64,000 nucleotides of DNA from an uncultured cyanobacterium. Lineage in GTDB: Bacteria > Cyanobacteriota > Cyanobacteriia > Cyanobacteriales > CAWCAG01. The DNA is taken from assembly GCA_963793425.1 (NCBI GenBank), contig CAWCAG010000007.1, positions 896,001-960,000 on the forward strand, in the 5' to 3' direction. The position numbers and the translations under genes are program-made. Under the pieces are notes generated by a model, which saw only the letters and a program-made list of their open reading frames with translations, was not told the origin of the DNA and did not search any database. Positions 10,352-19,326 of this stretch are shown here, piece by piece (the stretch's first letter is position 1; the number at the start of each line of letters is the position of its first letter).

Positions 10352-11611
10352 TCAATGTTCAAAGTCTTTAGCGCAACGAAAACCAGCTAAAATTTGCCTC
10401 ACATTTGGATGATACCAGTTGCGGAAACTATTACGTAAAGCCCAAGGGCGAGTTGCCCAACTTCCCCCTTTTAAAACGCGATGTTGCCCATCAAAATAGG
10501 TTTGAGAATAACCTGGGTAAGGATAGCCAGTAAAACCTTCATAACCATCAAACCAGGTATTTGTCCACTCCCAAACATTACCCAACAAATCATAACAACC
10601 AAACTTACTTTTACCTTGGGGATAAGCATTAACGGGAGTAGTTTCTCCTCTTAAGTTATTGTGATTGCATCTTTGAGGTTGAGGGAAATCTTCACCCCAA
10701 GGATAAACAGGCTTTTCTTTTGTATTGGAAGTTCCCATTGCAGCTTTTTCCCACTCTGCTTCTGTAGGTAATCTTTTCCCCAAAAAACGGGCATAGGCAT
10801 CAGCTTCATACCAACTGATACCACAAACCGTACGAATACTATTTTTTAGCTCATCTGACCAGTATAAAGGTTGCTTAACGGGATTGGTTTGTAACCATTG
10901 CCAACCAAGTTTAGACCACCATCGGCAATTTTGATAACCACCTGCGTTGATAAATTCCTGGTATTGACTACAAGTAACCGGGTAAGTATCCATCCAGTAA
11001 CTATCTAAACAAATTTCCTGGGCAGGGCGTTCGTTATCTTGGGCTTCAATGCAGTTACTTCCCATCATAAACTTCCCTTCAGGAATTTTCACCATTGTAG
11101 AAGAAAGATTTTCTCTTTCGGTATCTAAGTTAAGAGAATAATAATTATTACCTCGCAACATTTTCAAAATGAAGATAATAGTTTCATTGTGTTGACATTC
11201 ATGTTGAATTAACCAATACCAAAGACGTTCCTCTTCTTCTAAAGGAGCTGTGGTTAAGTAAGTTAAAACCTTTTCCCTAACAATATCTAAATAATCCTTA
11301 ATAACAGCATAACTAGGTAAGTTTTGCCGTTCTACTTTTGGCAAACCATCAGCAGCAAATAATCGTTGATATTGAGGATATAAAGTAGGAAATTTAGCAC
11401 AACCTGCCAAAATCCAATAAGCTTCAGTATAAGCAATATGTCCTAAATGCCAACCTACTGGACTAAAATCGCCATGTGCCTGTTGACAGAAAGTTTTAGC
11501 ATCAAGATCAGCAAACAAATCTATGGTTTGCTCACGACATTGTTGTAAAGCTTCGGCGATCGCTTCTCGTTTAGAGTTGATGGATAGTAACTTCAAGATT
11601 TTCCTCGACAA
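10352..11611 (-). CDS. egtB: Ergothioneine biosynthesis sulfoxide synthase EgtB (DinB + FGE-sulfatase domains)
   Basis: SPVGWHLGH, IQHECQHNE iron ligands, RLPTEAEWEKA, GNVWEW, LKGGSW; adjacent to egtC. Confidence 0.88.
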   Translation of the reverse strand: MSRKILKLLSINSKREAIAEALQQCREQTIDLFADLDAKTFCQQAHGDFSPVGWHLGHIAYTEAYWILAGCAKFPTLYPQYQRLFAADGLPKVERQNLPSYAVIKDYLDIVREKVLTYLTTAPLEEEERLWYWLIQHECQHNETIIFILKMLRGNNYYSLNLDTERENLSSTMVKIPEGKFMMGSNCIEAQDNERPAQEICLDSYWMDTYPVTCSQYQEFINAGGYQNCRWWSKLGWQWLQTNPVKQPLYWSDELKNSIRTVCGISWYEADAYARFLGKRLPTEAEWEKAAMGTSNTKEKPVYPWGEDFPQPQRCNHNNLRGETTPVNAYPQGKSKFGCYDLLGNVWEWTNTWFDGYEGFTGYPYPGYSQTYFDGQHRVLKGGSWATRPWALRNSFRNWYHPNVRQILAGFRCAKDFEH

Positions 11612-12359
11612 TAATCAGGCTTTGTTCAGGGCAACTTTTCCAGTTTCCTGCAAATAGGGGTTCAGAAGCAATAATTACCGCATCAGGATAATGAGGATCG
11701 TCTTTTAGCCAGTATAAAGAAGGGGCAGGGGAACGGTTTGCGTAGCGAGAAGCAACCAACTTTTTCCCTGTAGAGATAAGCGTATTAGCAGAAAAAAGCA
11801 CTTTAGGATTACTTGCTAATTGCTTGATTTGATGAAGAGTTTTGTCTAAAGCTGTTTCTAAGCTCATTTCTGGGTTGAGTTGCAAATGATTAATAATTAA
11901 AGCGAAAATATGTTCGGAATCAGTATTACCGTCAATCAATTCATAACTATAATCATCTAAACTATTGCGAATATCGCGATACAAACTGTGGCGAAAGTTA
12001 TGAATAAAACCATTGTGAAGAAAGAGAAGTTTTTCTTGTTCAAAAGGTTGACAATTACTTAAATCTACCGCTAAACCAGCAGTGGCGCTGCGTACATAAC
12101 CTAAGATACATCCTGACTCCACATAGCGACTAAGCTGGGGTAAGTTAATATCACTCCAAATAGGCAAAATGTTTTTATAGGTAAAAGGGGTAGTATCTTC
12201 ATCTTTGTGATACCAACCTAAGCCAAAACCATCAGCATTAACTGTTGCTGAGATCATTTCCTGGGGTTTGTAGCTTTGTACAATTAAGGAATGTTCTGGT
12301 TTAGAAAGAATTTTTTCTAACTTTAAAGGTGAACCAAGATAGCCTAATATTCGGCACAT
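11571..12359 (-). CDS. egtC: Ergothioneine biosynthesis amidohydrolase EgtC (Ntn fold)
   Basis: N-terminal MCR nucleophile, NADGFGLGWY, VRSAT, HNG, TDSEH. Confidence 0.9.
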   Translation of the reverse strand: MCRILGYLGSPLKLEKILSKPEHSLIVQSYKPQEMISATVNADGFGLGWYHKDEDTTPFTYKNILPIWSDINLPQLSRYVESGCILGYVRSATAGLAVDLSNCQPFEQEKLLFLHNGFIHNFRHSLYRDIRNSLDDYSYELIDGNTDSEHIFALIINHLQLNPEMSLETALDKTLHQIKQLASNPKVLFSANTLISTGKKLVASRYANRSPAPSLYWLKDDPHYPDAVIIASEPLFAGNWKSCPEQSLIIVEENLEVTIHQL

Positions 12360-12428
12360 AGTTTGGGTGATAAGTAATAAGTAAAAGGGTTTTGCTAAAG
12401 TATTTACAAGTAAATTGTGCCTGTGATT

Positions 12429-12767
12429 TTAATTGTCAGGAGGAACTCTAGATTTTAGTTCTTCAATTAAAGTTGGTATTTAATCTTGAACCACATTCCA
12501 AACAATATTGAGATTAACATCATCATATTCATGTACTAACCTATTTCGCATTCCATTAATTTCCTGCCAAGCAATAGTTGGTATGCCTTGACGTGTTGTC
12601 TCCGAAATACGCCTTGCAGCTTCAGCAATTATTAATAACCGTCGAATTACTGCATCTTGAAGTTGCACATTTTCCATAAATTCTTGTTTGGAGCATTAAG
12701 CAGTATACTGAATGATTAGTTCTGCTGATTGCAGCATATCAAGCAGAAACTGAATTTGTCGTTGCAT
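12429..12767 (-). pseudogene. HepT-like (DUF86/HEPN) RNase toxin with two in-frame TAA stops
   Basis: 113-codon frame MQRQIQFLLDMLQSAELIIQYTA*CSKQEFMEN...MRNRLVHEYD...VVQD*IPTLIEELK; stops at 12696-12698 and 12480-12482; RX4H motif intact. Confidence 0.85.
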
Positions 12768-13071
12768 AAATAACCTTAGCAGAAGATAAAATTTCGCGAC
12801 GACGCAAATAATTACGACTGGCTTCAATTCCCTGTCGGGTGATTAAATCTACTTCTCGCTCAAACAACGTCTTTAATTCAGCTTCCATTTGTTCTAAACC
12901 AGAAAAACTAATGTGGGCGTAGGGATGAAATTTGACCATAATATCAATGTCACTATCAGAACGAAAATCCTCTCGTAAGATAGAACCAAATAAAGCAAAT
13001 TCAGTCACTTGCCAACGCTCACAAAAATCTTTTATTTTCTCCATCGGTAGTTGAATATTATTGAGATTCAT
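12739..13071 (-). CDS. MntA-type minimal nucleotidyltransferase antitoxin
   Basis: LFGSILREDFRSDSDIDIMV (GS-x10-DxD), REVDLIT; overlaps the HEPN gene start. Confidence 0.9.
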   Translation of the reverse strand: MNLNNIQLPMEKIKDFCERWQVTEFALFGSILREDFRSDSDIDIMVKFHPYAHISFSGLEQMEAELKTLFEREVDLITRQGIEASRNYLRRREILSSAKVIYATTNSVSA

Positions 13072-14625
13072 CTAATTTTTATACCCAGTATTACAGTATG
13101 GATGGGTGATTTGTCCGTTATCTACGATAGCTAATCCCCCGTCTTGCTTACGTTGTTTGTGATCTATAGAAATCGAGTTTCTATGGATAAATCCGTTACA
13201 AATTCTACACCGAGGTGCTTTAGATAATGCATCTTTAATGTAAATCTCGCTCTTTTTATTTGTATCAAAATCCTGTTTGTATGAATTATTTTGTTTGATT
13301 AATTTAGGCATAGTCAGGTAATTTAAATCTTTTTCTGACAAAATATTATCTATAATATTTTTTATGGTTGTTCCACAGTCTAGACCGATAATCACCTTCC
13401 AGAATAAATTAGATATAGGTTTATAACTCTTCTGAACACTTCTTTTTTTTGCCAGTATTTGCTGAACTAGATAATCGTAATTGAGAAGGAAATTTTCAAA
13501 GTTATCCCTGACATTAATAAACATATTAAGCTTTTTCTTTTGATCTAACTCTATTATGAGATCCACCATAGATAGAAAAAGCACTGTTCTGTATCTTCCT
13601 TCTTTTGAATAGAAATATACAATTGGATGCAAACCTAAAGATGAGGGATGATTGCTACTCAGTTTGTAAGCAACTTTTTTAGTCTTTTCCAACAACTCTA
13701 TAGTTTTTTCTCCTGTTGTATCATCATTAAGTCCTTTATTCTTGAAGTCTATCTTATTAACTATATTAATAAAATCTAAAATTAGGCATAAAGTTTGGTT
13801 AGAATAGGACTTTCCAGCTAGTGGGACATCTAATGTTTTAATTGGAGTTTGTAGCTTAGGTTCAAAAAGTATTCGATTTATTTCTTCTGCTATTTTTTGT
13901 ATTTGACTCTGGTTTTCTTTGGAAAAAGATGACCAATACTTATGACCTTTACCACCTCTAATTATGGCTCGTGCAGCTATACTATTAGGCTTTCTTCTAG
14001 ATTCAAGAAGTTTTAGCTCTGTTTTATCAATTGGTGCGTGTTGTTGATTGATTTTGAAATATGAGTTTTCAGCTTTGCTAGAATCTCCCTCTACCCATTG
14101 AAGCTGAATTGCTAATGCAGCTAGGTTCTTAGCATATTTAATAACTTCTGGTTTGACTTTGTCAGGGTGTCTGTGAGCAAGCCTAAAATCACTATATGAG
14201 CCAACTATTTTATTGACCATATTTCTTGTTTTATTAGCGATGTCTTTTTGTTCATCAGGAATTATCCCATCATAAAAATCTTTTGAGGTGTCGCCATCTC
14301 CATAATCATCATTTACCCAAGCAGATAGGGAACTTAATCTATGGCTACCATCTATTACAAATAAATAACCGCTTGTACTTCGCCATAAAATAATAGCTGG
14401 TATTAAATCACCTTCAATGAAACTTTTTATAAGTTCAGATATTCTTTTTTCATCCCATTCGTTTGTTTCTCTCTGAAAATCTGGCTTCCTAATATTTAAA
14501 AAGAAAAATGAATCTGCTTTAATATCTTCAATAGAAATTGTTTCTTTTTTCTTGCCTGGATTGGTATTTTCTTCTACCTCAAAGTCTTCTCTGGGAATTA
14601 AAGCATCTAAATTTACTTTGGCCAT
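13072..14625 (-). CDS. DUF262 (ParB-like) + C-terminal HNH endonuclease; GmrSD-like putative restriction/defence protein
   Basis: KPDFQRETNEW, VIDGSHRLS (DGxxR); C-terminal CRIC...IDHKQRKQDGG...NGQITHPYCN; visibly AT-rich. Confidence 0.8.
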   Translation of the reverse strand: MAKVNLDALIPREDFEVEENTNPGKKKETISIEDIKADSFFFLNIRKPDFQRETNEWDEKRISELIKSFIEGDLIPAIILWRSTSGYLFVIDGSHRLSSLSAWVNDDYGDGDTSKDFYDGIIPDEQKDIANKTRNMVNKIVGSYSDFRLAHRHPDKVKPEVIKYAKNLAALAIQLQWVEGDSSKAENSYFKINQQHAPIDKTELKLLESRRKPNSIAARAIIRGGKGHKYWSSFSKENQSQIQKIAEEINRILFEPKLQTPIKTLDVPLAGKSYSNQTLCLILDFINIVNKIDFKNKGLNDDTTGEKTIELLEKTKKVAYKLSSNHPSSLGLHPIVYFYSKEGRYRTVLFLSMVDLIIELDQKKKLNMFINVRDNFENFLLNYDYLVQQILAKKRSVQKSYKPISNLFWKVIIGLDCGTTIKNIIDNILSEKDLNYLTMPKLIKQNNSYKQDFDTNKKSEIYIKDALSKAPRCRICNGFIHRNSISIDHKQRKQDGGLAIVDNGQITHPYCNTGYKN

Positions 14626-14682
14626 GATTGTTTTATAAAATATTTAAACTTTAGATAGTCTGTAAGTAACAGCGAATTTGAT

Positions 14683-14941
14683 GGGAGCATCTCAGTCTTA
14701 CAAAAATACCGAGATTAGGAAAAATAAAAGAGAAAATATTATCGCGTAGAGGCAACCCATCTTCGTTGTTTTAGCCACTGACAAACCCAACTAATTGGGT
14801 TGCCCTTAACGGGAATTAAGTACAGGGTAGGCGACCCAAGATAGTCAAACATTAGGTGGAATTTGAGGGTGTAAGCGGGTCGCCTCTAAAAATAATCTTG
14901 TTTTTTAAATAAGCGCGTTTTTACAAATATGAGATGCGCCC
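14683..14941. mobile_element. Non-autonomous MITE (~259 bp) with imperfect 24-bp TIRs and an 8-bp target-site duplication
   Basis: TIRs GGGAGCATCTCAGTCTTACAAAAA (14683-14706) / TTTTTACAAATATGAGATGCGCCC (14918-14941); flanks AATTTGAT / AATTTAAT. Confidence 0.7.
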
Positions 14942-15005
14942 AATTTAATGTACTTTGATACTCAGCAAATGAATCCAATTAACATCATAGACAATCTAGA
15001 CAATT

Positions 15006-15953
15006 TTAATCTGCACTCATTTTTTGGGAAATAACTTCACTTACTAATTGATTCCCCGCAACACTAAGATGAATATGATCACGATAAAGGGATTTTGGAG
15101 AATCTGCTTGATTAAATGGGGTCAAAAAATTAATGTATTCAATATTTTGGGACTTAGTAAATTCTAACAACCTTTCTCTGGCTTTAACTTCGTAATCCCT
15201 CGGCCCCGACTCTCCTAACTCTCGTAGCAAAGGAGTCATGGCTAAAACAAACCTTGCCCCCTTTTCATTACTAAAACTTTTAATCTTGGCGATCGCCTCT
15301 AAATTAAATCCCACGCGATCGCCTCCTTCTTTTTGAATTTCTTTCATGCCAGGAATAGGTTGGGGAGAGATGAAGTAGCGGTTGTAAACTTCAACTAAAG
15401 CTAAGGGTGGCTTTTGGTTGGGGTAATTGCGATCGCGCCCTACAGGTAGAGAGGTGGGGGCTGTGGCAAAGAGATCGTCGGTATTAATTAAGAGGATTAA
15501 AACTTGGGATTCATAAGTACCCAATTTCTGCACATAAGCTAACTGATTACGTGGCCCCCAAGAATTAGCTGAAGCGTTAAGGACTTCAATTTCTTGGTTT
15601 GTAGCAACAGAAGCTAGTTGCTCTCTAATTAAAGCAGAAATAGTCTTCTTTTGGTCAGTCCACCAGCCTCCATTAGCCACAGAATCTCCCAACAGAAGTA
15701 ATCTTCGAGTATTTTGAGAGGGTTTTGCTGTCACCTCACCACTCCGCATAGAATAATCATTAATCTCAATATAATTGCCCATGCGTCGTAGTTTTTGTTT
15801 CGGGGCAAGTAAATAGCCAATTTCTTCATCGGCGATATAAAGAGGAGGATTACCAAAGCCAAACAGTAACCGCAATCCAACTTCAGCGATCGCAACCAAG
15901 CAGACACTAATAGCGACAATAATCAGCAAAATTTGCACTTTAACATTTATCAT
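15006..15953 (-). CDS. SGNH/GDSL hydrolase family protein with N-terminal TM anchor
   Basis: LLLGDSVANG block I, NASANSWG, INTDD, DHIHLSVAGN block V. Confidence 0.85.
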   Translation of the reverse strand: MINVKVQILLIIVAISVCLVAIAEVGLRLLFGFGNPPLYIADEEIGYLLAPKQKLRRMGNYIEINDYSMRSGEVTAKPSQNTRRLLLLGDSVANGGWWTDQKKTISALIREQLASVATNQEIEVLNASANSWGPRNQLAYVQKLGTYESQVLILLINTDDLFATAPTSLPVGRDRNYPNQKPPLALVEVYNRYFISPQPIPGMKEIQKEGGDRVGFNLEAIAKIKSFSNEKGARFVLAMTPLLRELGESGPRDYEVKARERLLEFTKSQNIEYINFLTPFNQADSPKSLYRDHIHLSVAGNQLVSEVISQKMSAD

Positions 15954-16096
15954 TTATCAAGAAGGTTGTTTGTAAGGCTAATTTTTATAGTTGACAATAA
16001 TTATAAAAATTAGCTCGGTATAACTCAGCTTGCCCACTGACGTGAGTAAGGATTAAGCATCTCAAAAACAGTTGAGTTAATCAACATTAATGAGTG

Positions 16097-16174
16097 ACTT
16101 TAGACTTTGTACGGGCGAGGGGGCATTCGCCCCTAACTTTAAACTTTGTACGGGCGAAGGGCCCTTCGCCCCTT
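16097..16174. repeat. Two tandem 39-bp REP-like palindromic units
   Basis: ACTTTAGACTTTGTACGGGCGAGGGGGCATTCGCCCCTA then ACTTTAAACTTTGTACGGGCGAAGGGCCCTTCGCCCCTT, each with a GGGCGA/TCGCCC hairpin. Confidence 0.8.
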
Positions 16175-16180
16175 TTAATT

Positions 16181-16543
16181 ATGGCTTCAGCAACAAACGT
16201 TTTAGGTAGCGATCTACAGATGTGTTGTACCTCTCCCATGACAGGATTTTATCGGGATGGTACGTGTAACACCGGATCAGGAGATATGGGCGCACATATC
16301 GTTTGCGCCCAAGTTACAGAAGAGTTTTTGAAATTTTCCAAAGCCAGGGGCAATGATCTTAGCACTCCTCATCCTGCCTACCAATTTCCTGGGCTTAAAC
16401 CAGGGGATTGCTGGTGTTTATGTGCTTCCCGTTGGCAAGAAGCCCTTGAAGCTGGTGTTGCCCCGCTAGTAAAATTAGAATCAACCCATGCTTTAGCTTT
16501 GGAATATGTGAGTTTAGCAGATTTAAAAGCCCATGCTTTATGA
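16181..16543 (+). CDS. DUF2237 family protein
   Basis: NVLG..L..CC.SPMTGFYRDG.C, FPGLKPGD.WCLCASRW; ATG at 16181 preferred over the ORF-track start inside the repeats. Confidence 0.9.
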   Translation: MASATNVLGSDLQMCCTSPMTGFYRDGTCNTGSGDMGAHIVCAQVTEEFLKFSKARGNDLSTPHPAYQFPGLKPGDCWCLCASRWQEALEAGVAPLVKLESTHALALEYVSLADLKAHAL

Positions 16544-16591
16544 GTAATATTCTGATCAAACAGATTGGAAAATTGAATACCCAAAATAGTT

Positions 16592-18280
16592 ATGCCACAA
16601 ACGCCTATCAATGCTGAAGAGAAGGTTTTAGCTGATATCTTTTGCAATAAATATGAGTTTCATATTCCAAGCTATCAGCGTCCCTATTCTTGGACAGAGG
16701 AACAAGCTGGATATTTATTTAATGATTTACATGACGCTTTTATTTCTCAAAATGAGCAAGAGGAGTATTTCCTAGGAAGTATTGTTCTAATTAAAGAAAC
16801 TAACTGTCCCAAAGCAGATGTAATTGATGGGCAACAGCGTTTAACCACTTTAACTATTCTATTATCTTGTCTTAGGTCAAAGCTAACAGCAGAAAAACAA
16901 GAAAGCATAAGTATTTACTTAATAGAAAAAGGTAACGAATTTACTGGTATAAGACCACAAGCAAGATTAAATTTGAGAAAGAAAGATCAAGAATTTTTTC
17001 TTAAATATATTCAAAAAACGAATCTTGAAAATTTCCTTGGACTTGATGTTGCAAACGATAACATCTTCAAAAACGAAGCGCAAACAAATATCCACAAAAA
17101 CTGTGGGCTTTTTATTCGAGAAATTAATCAACATTTTTCGGCTATAGATGATGTTACGGAGTTCATTAAATTCATCCTGACAAAATGCTATCTTGTGGTC
17201 GTATCTTCAGCAAATGAAGCATCAGCATTTCGTATCTTTTCAGTTATGAACAGCCGTGGATTAGACCTGCAAGTATCTGATATTTTGAAAGCTGAAATCA
17301 CAGGTAAAATTCCTGAGAATGAACAAGATCAGTATACTGAAAAATGGGAAGAAAGCGAAGAGTTATTAGGGAGAGAAAAGTTTAATGAGCTTTTTTCTCA
17401 CATTCGTATGATTTACACTAAGTCGAAATTAAGCGAATCGATTATTAGTAAATATAGGAAGAAAATCTTGCCTCGTATAGAGTCTAAAGATTTTATGGAT
17501 AATTATTTTAATAAATATGTAAGTACATTTGATATTGTCAAAAATGTTCAATTTAGTGCTACAGAAAATGCGGAAGAAATAAATGATTATCTTTACTGGT
17601 TGAATAAAATAAACTTTTCGGAATGGATTCCGCCAGCAATTCTATTTATAACGAACCAAAATGATTCCCAAAAGGTGTTAGATTTCCTGAAAAAATTAGA
17701 ACGCCTTACAACATATTTATTTTTAGAAGGCTTTTATAATACAAAAAGAATTCGGCGCTACACTAAAATCATAGAGCAAATCGAAAAAGGGCAATCTTTG
17801 GAAGCTTTGCAACTCTCCCAAGAAGAAGAGGAGCAATTTTTTAACCGTCTTAATGGAGATATTTATTTAATGTCTTCAAATAAGAAGAAATATGTCATAT
17901 TAAGGCTCGATAGAATTAAGGCAGATGGGGCTGCCAATTACCAGCATAAATTACTAACTATTGAGCATATTATGCCTCAAACTGTTAGAGAAGGTAGTGC
18001 GTGGGCAGAAATACCAGATGAAGAACATCAAAAATGGGTGCATAAAATTGCTAACCTTGTGCCTTTAAATCGTAGTCGAAATTCTCAAGCAAGTAATTGG
18101 GACTTTCACCGAAAGAGAGAAGCTTATTTCAAAGGTGGAAAAAATAAAACGACATACGTTTTAACACAAGAACTCGAAAGTAAAACTGAATGGACGATCA
18201 AAACTCTTCATAAACGGCAAAATGAATTGCTAGAAATAATGTGTGAAGAATGGAAGTTACCTTATTGTGAACAATACTAA
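16592..18280 (+). CDS. DUF262-DUF1524 (GmrSD-like type IV restriction) protein
   Basis: IPSYQRPYSW, YFLGSIV, IDGQQRLTT, FSVMNSRGLDL; C-terminal TIEHIMPQ...IANLVPL...N. Confidence 0.9.
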   Translation: MPQTPINAEEKVLADIFCNKYEFHIPSYQRPYSWTEEQAGYLFNDLHDAFISQNEQEEYFLGSIVLIKETNCPKADVIDGQQRLTTLTILLSCLRSKLTAEKQESISIYLIEKGNEFTGIRPQARLNLRKKDQEFFLKYIQKTNLENFLGLDVANDNIFKNEAQTNIHKNCGLFIREINQHFSAIDDVTEFIKFILTKCYLVVVSSANEASAFRIFSVMNSRGLDLQVSDILKAEITGKIPENEQDQYTEKWEESEELLGREKFNELFSHIRMIYTKSKLSESIISKYRKKILPRIESKDFMDNYFNKYVSTFDIVKNVQFSATENAEEINDYLYWLNKINFSEWIPPAILFITNQNDSQKVLDFLKKLERLTTYLFLEGFYNTKRIRRYTKIIEQIEKGQSLEALQLSQEEEEQFFNRLNGDIYLMSSNKKKYVILRLDRIKADGAANYQHKLLTIEHIMPQTVREGSAWAEIPDEEHQKWVHKIANLVPLNRSRNSQASNWDFHRKREAYFKGGKNKTTYVLTQELESKTEWTIKTLHKRQNELLEIMCEEWKLPYCEQY

Positions 18281-18421
18281 AAAGTTGGATATGTTTGGGT
18301 AGTTATACAAGCGCGGCTGGATTTATTGTGGGTTGTAAAACTGCCAATAATATTCTTGTTACAATTAATCTAAGCTTCAGTCAGGTTAAAATTAAATTGT
18401 GTTTAGTAAAGTGTAGAGGCA

Positions 18422-19027
18422 ATGTTAGTGAAAGACCGTGACTATACCCTAATTCTCGATAAAAGCGGGAGTATGTCTGTTAAAACTGAAAACGGCATGA
18501 CTCGTTGGCAATTGGCAGAAGAATCAACCCTTGCCCTGGCCCGTAAATGTGAAAGATTTGACCCTGATGGTATTAATGTTTATCTATTTTCTAGTCGTTT
18601 TAAATACTACGAAAACGTTACTGCTGAAAAGGTTGAAGAAATCTTTTTGGAAAATGATCCAATTGGCACAACCAATCTTGCTGGTGTCCTCAAAGATGCT
18701 TTTCAAAATTACTTTCAACGCAAAGCTAACGGGCAAACTAAGCCGAATGGTGAAACAATTTTAGTTGTTACTGATGGTAGCCCCGATAATCTTCGTGCTG
18801 TAATCAAAACGATTGTTGATGCTACTCGCAAAATGGAAAAAGATGAAGAGTTAGGGGTTTCTTTTATCCAAGTTGGTAATGATCCGAGTGCAACCAAGTT
18901 TCTCAAAGCCCTAGATGATGATCTAGAAGGAGTAGGGGCTAAGTTCGATATTTGCGATACTGTAACTATGGATGATATGGCAGATATGAGTCTAATAGAA
19001 GTATTGACTGCGGCAATTGATGACTAG
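18422..19027 (+). CDS. von Willebrand factor A domain protein
   Basis: MIDAS DKSGSM, GTTNL, VVTDGSPD. Confidence 0.88.
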   Translation: MLVKDRDYTLILDKSGSMSVKTENGMTRWQLAEESTLALARKCERFDPDGINVYLFSSRFKYYENVTAEKVEEIFLENDPIGTTNLAGVLKDAFQNYFQRKANGQTKPNGETILVVTDGSPDNLRAVIKTIVDATRKMEKDEELGVSFIQVGNDPSATKFLKALDDDLEGVGAKFDICDTVTMDDMADMSLIEVLTAAIDD

Positions 19028-19170
19028 CAGTTTATTAGGGGCGGTAAGGGTGTATGGGTATAGGTGTTGTATGGGGGGTATGTGCGAACCGTTTCCCAAA
19101 TACACTTAATAACCGGAAACTAAATTGGGTTGCCCATCAACTAGCAACTAGCAACTAGCCATTAGCCAAT

Positions 19171-19197
19171 AAAAAAACCAGCAGTCCCAACTACTGG
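19171..19197 (-). terminator. Intrinsic terminator
   Basis: Minus strand CCAGTAGT-TGGG-ACTGCTGG followed by T7. Confidence 0.8.
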
Positions 19198-19326
19198 CAA
19201 AAAAAATATTGTCGCTTAATTTTTGGAAATCCAAGCTTTTGCGTTCCCAGGCGCAGGCTAGTAAGATTTCTTAATATTTATTGTAACAGAAAGTACAGAT
19301 TTTCCTAATTAGCTTAAATCATCTTT

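Noticed and set aside
16094..16180. N-terminal extension of the DUF2237 ORF, and a possible mini-CRISPR
   Set aside because: The extension is translation through two adjacent REP-like units; there are no spacers and no cas genes
19037..19078. G-rich tract as a G-quadruplex
   Set aside because: One loop is long and irregular; better explained as degenerate STRR-type repeats
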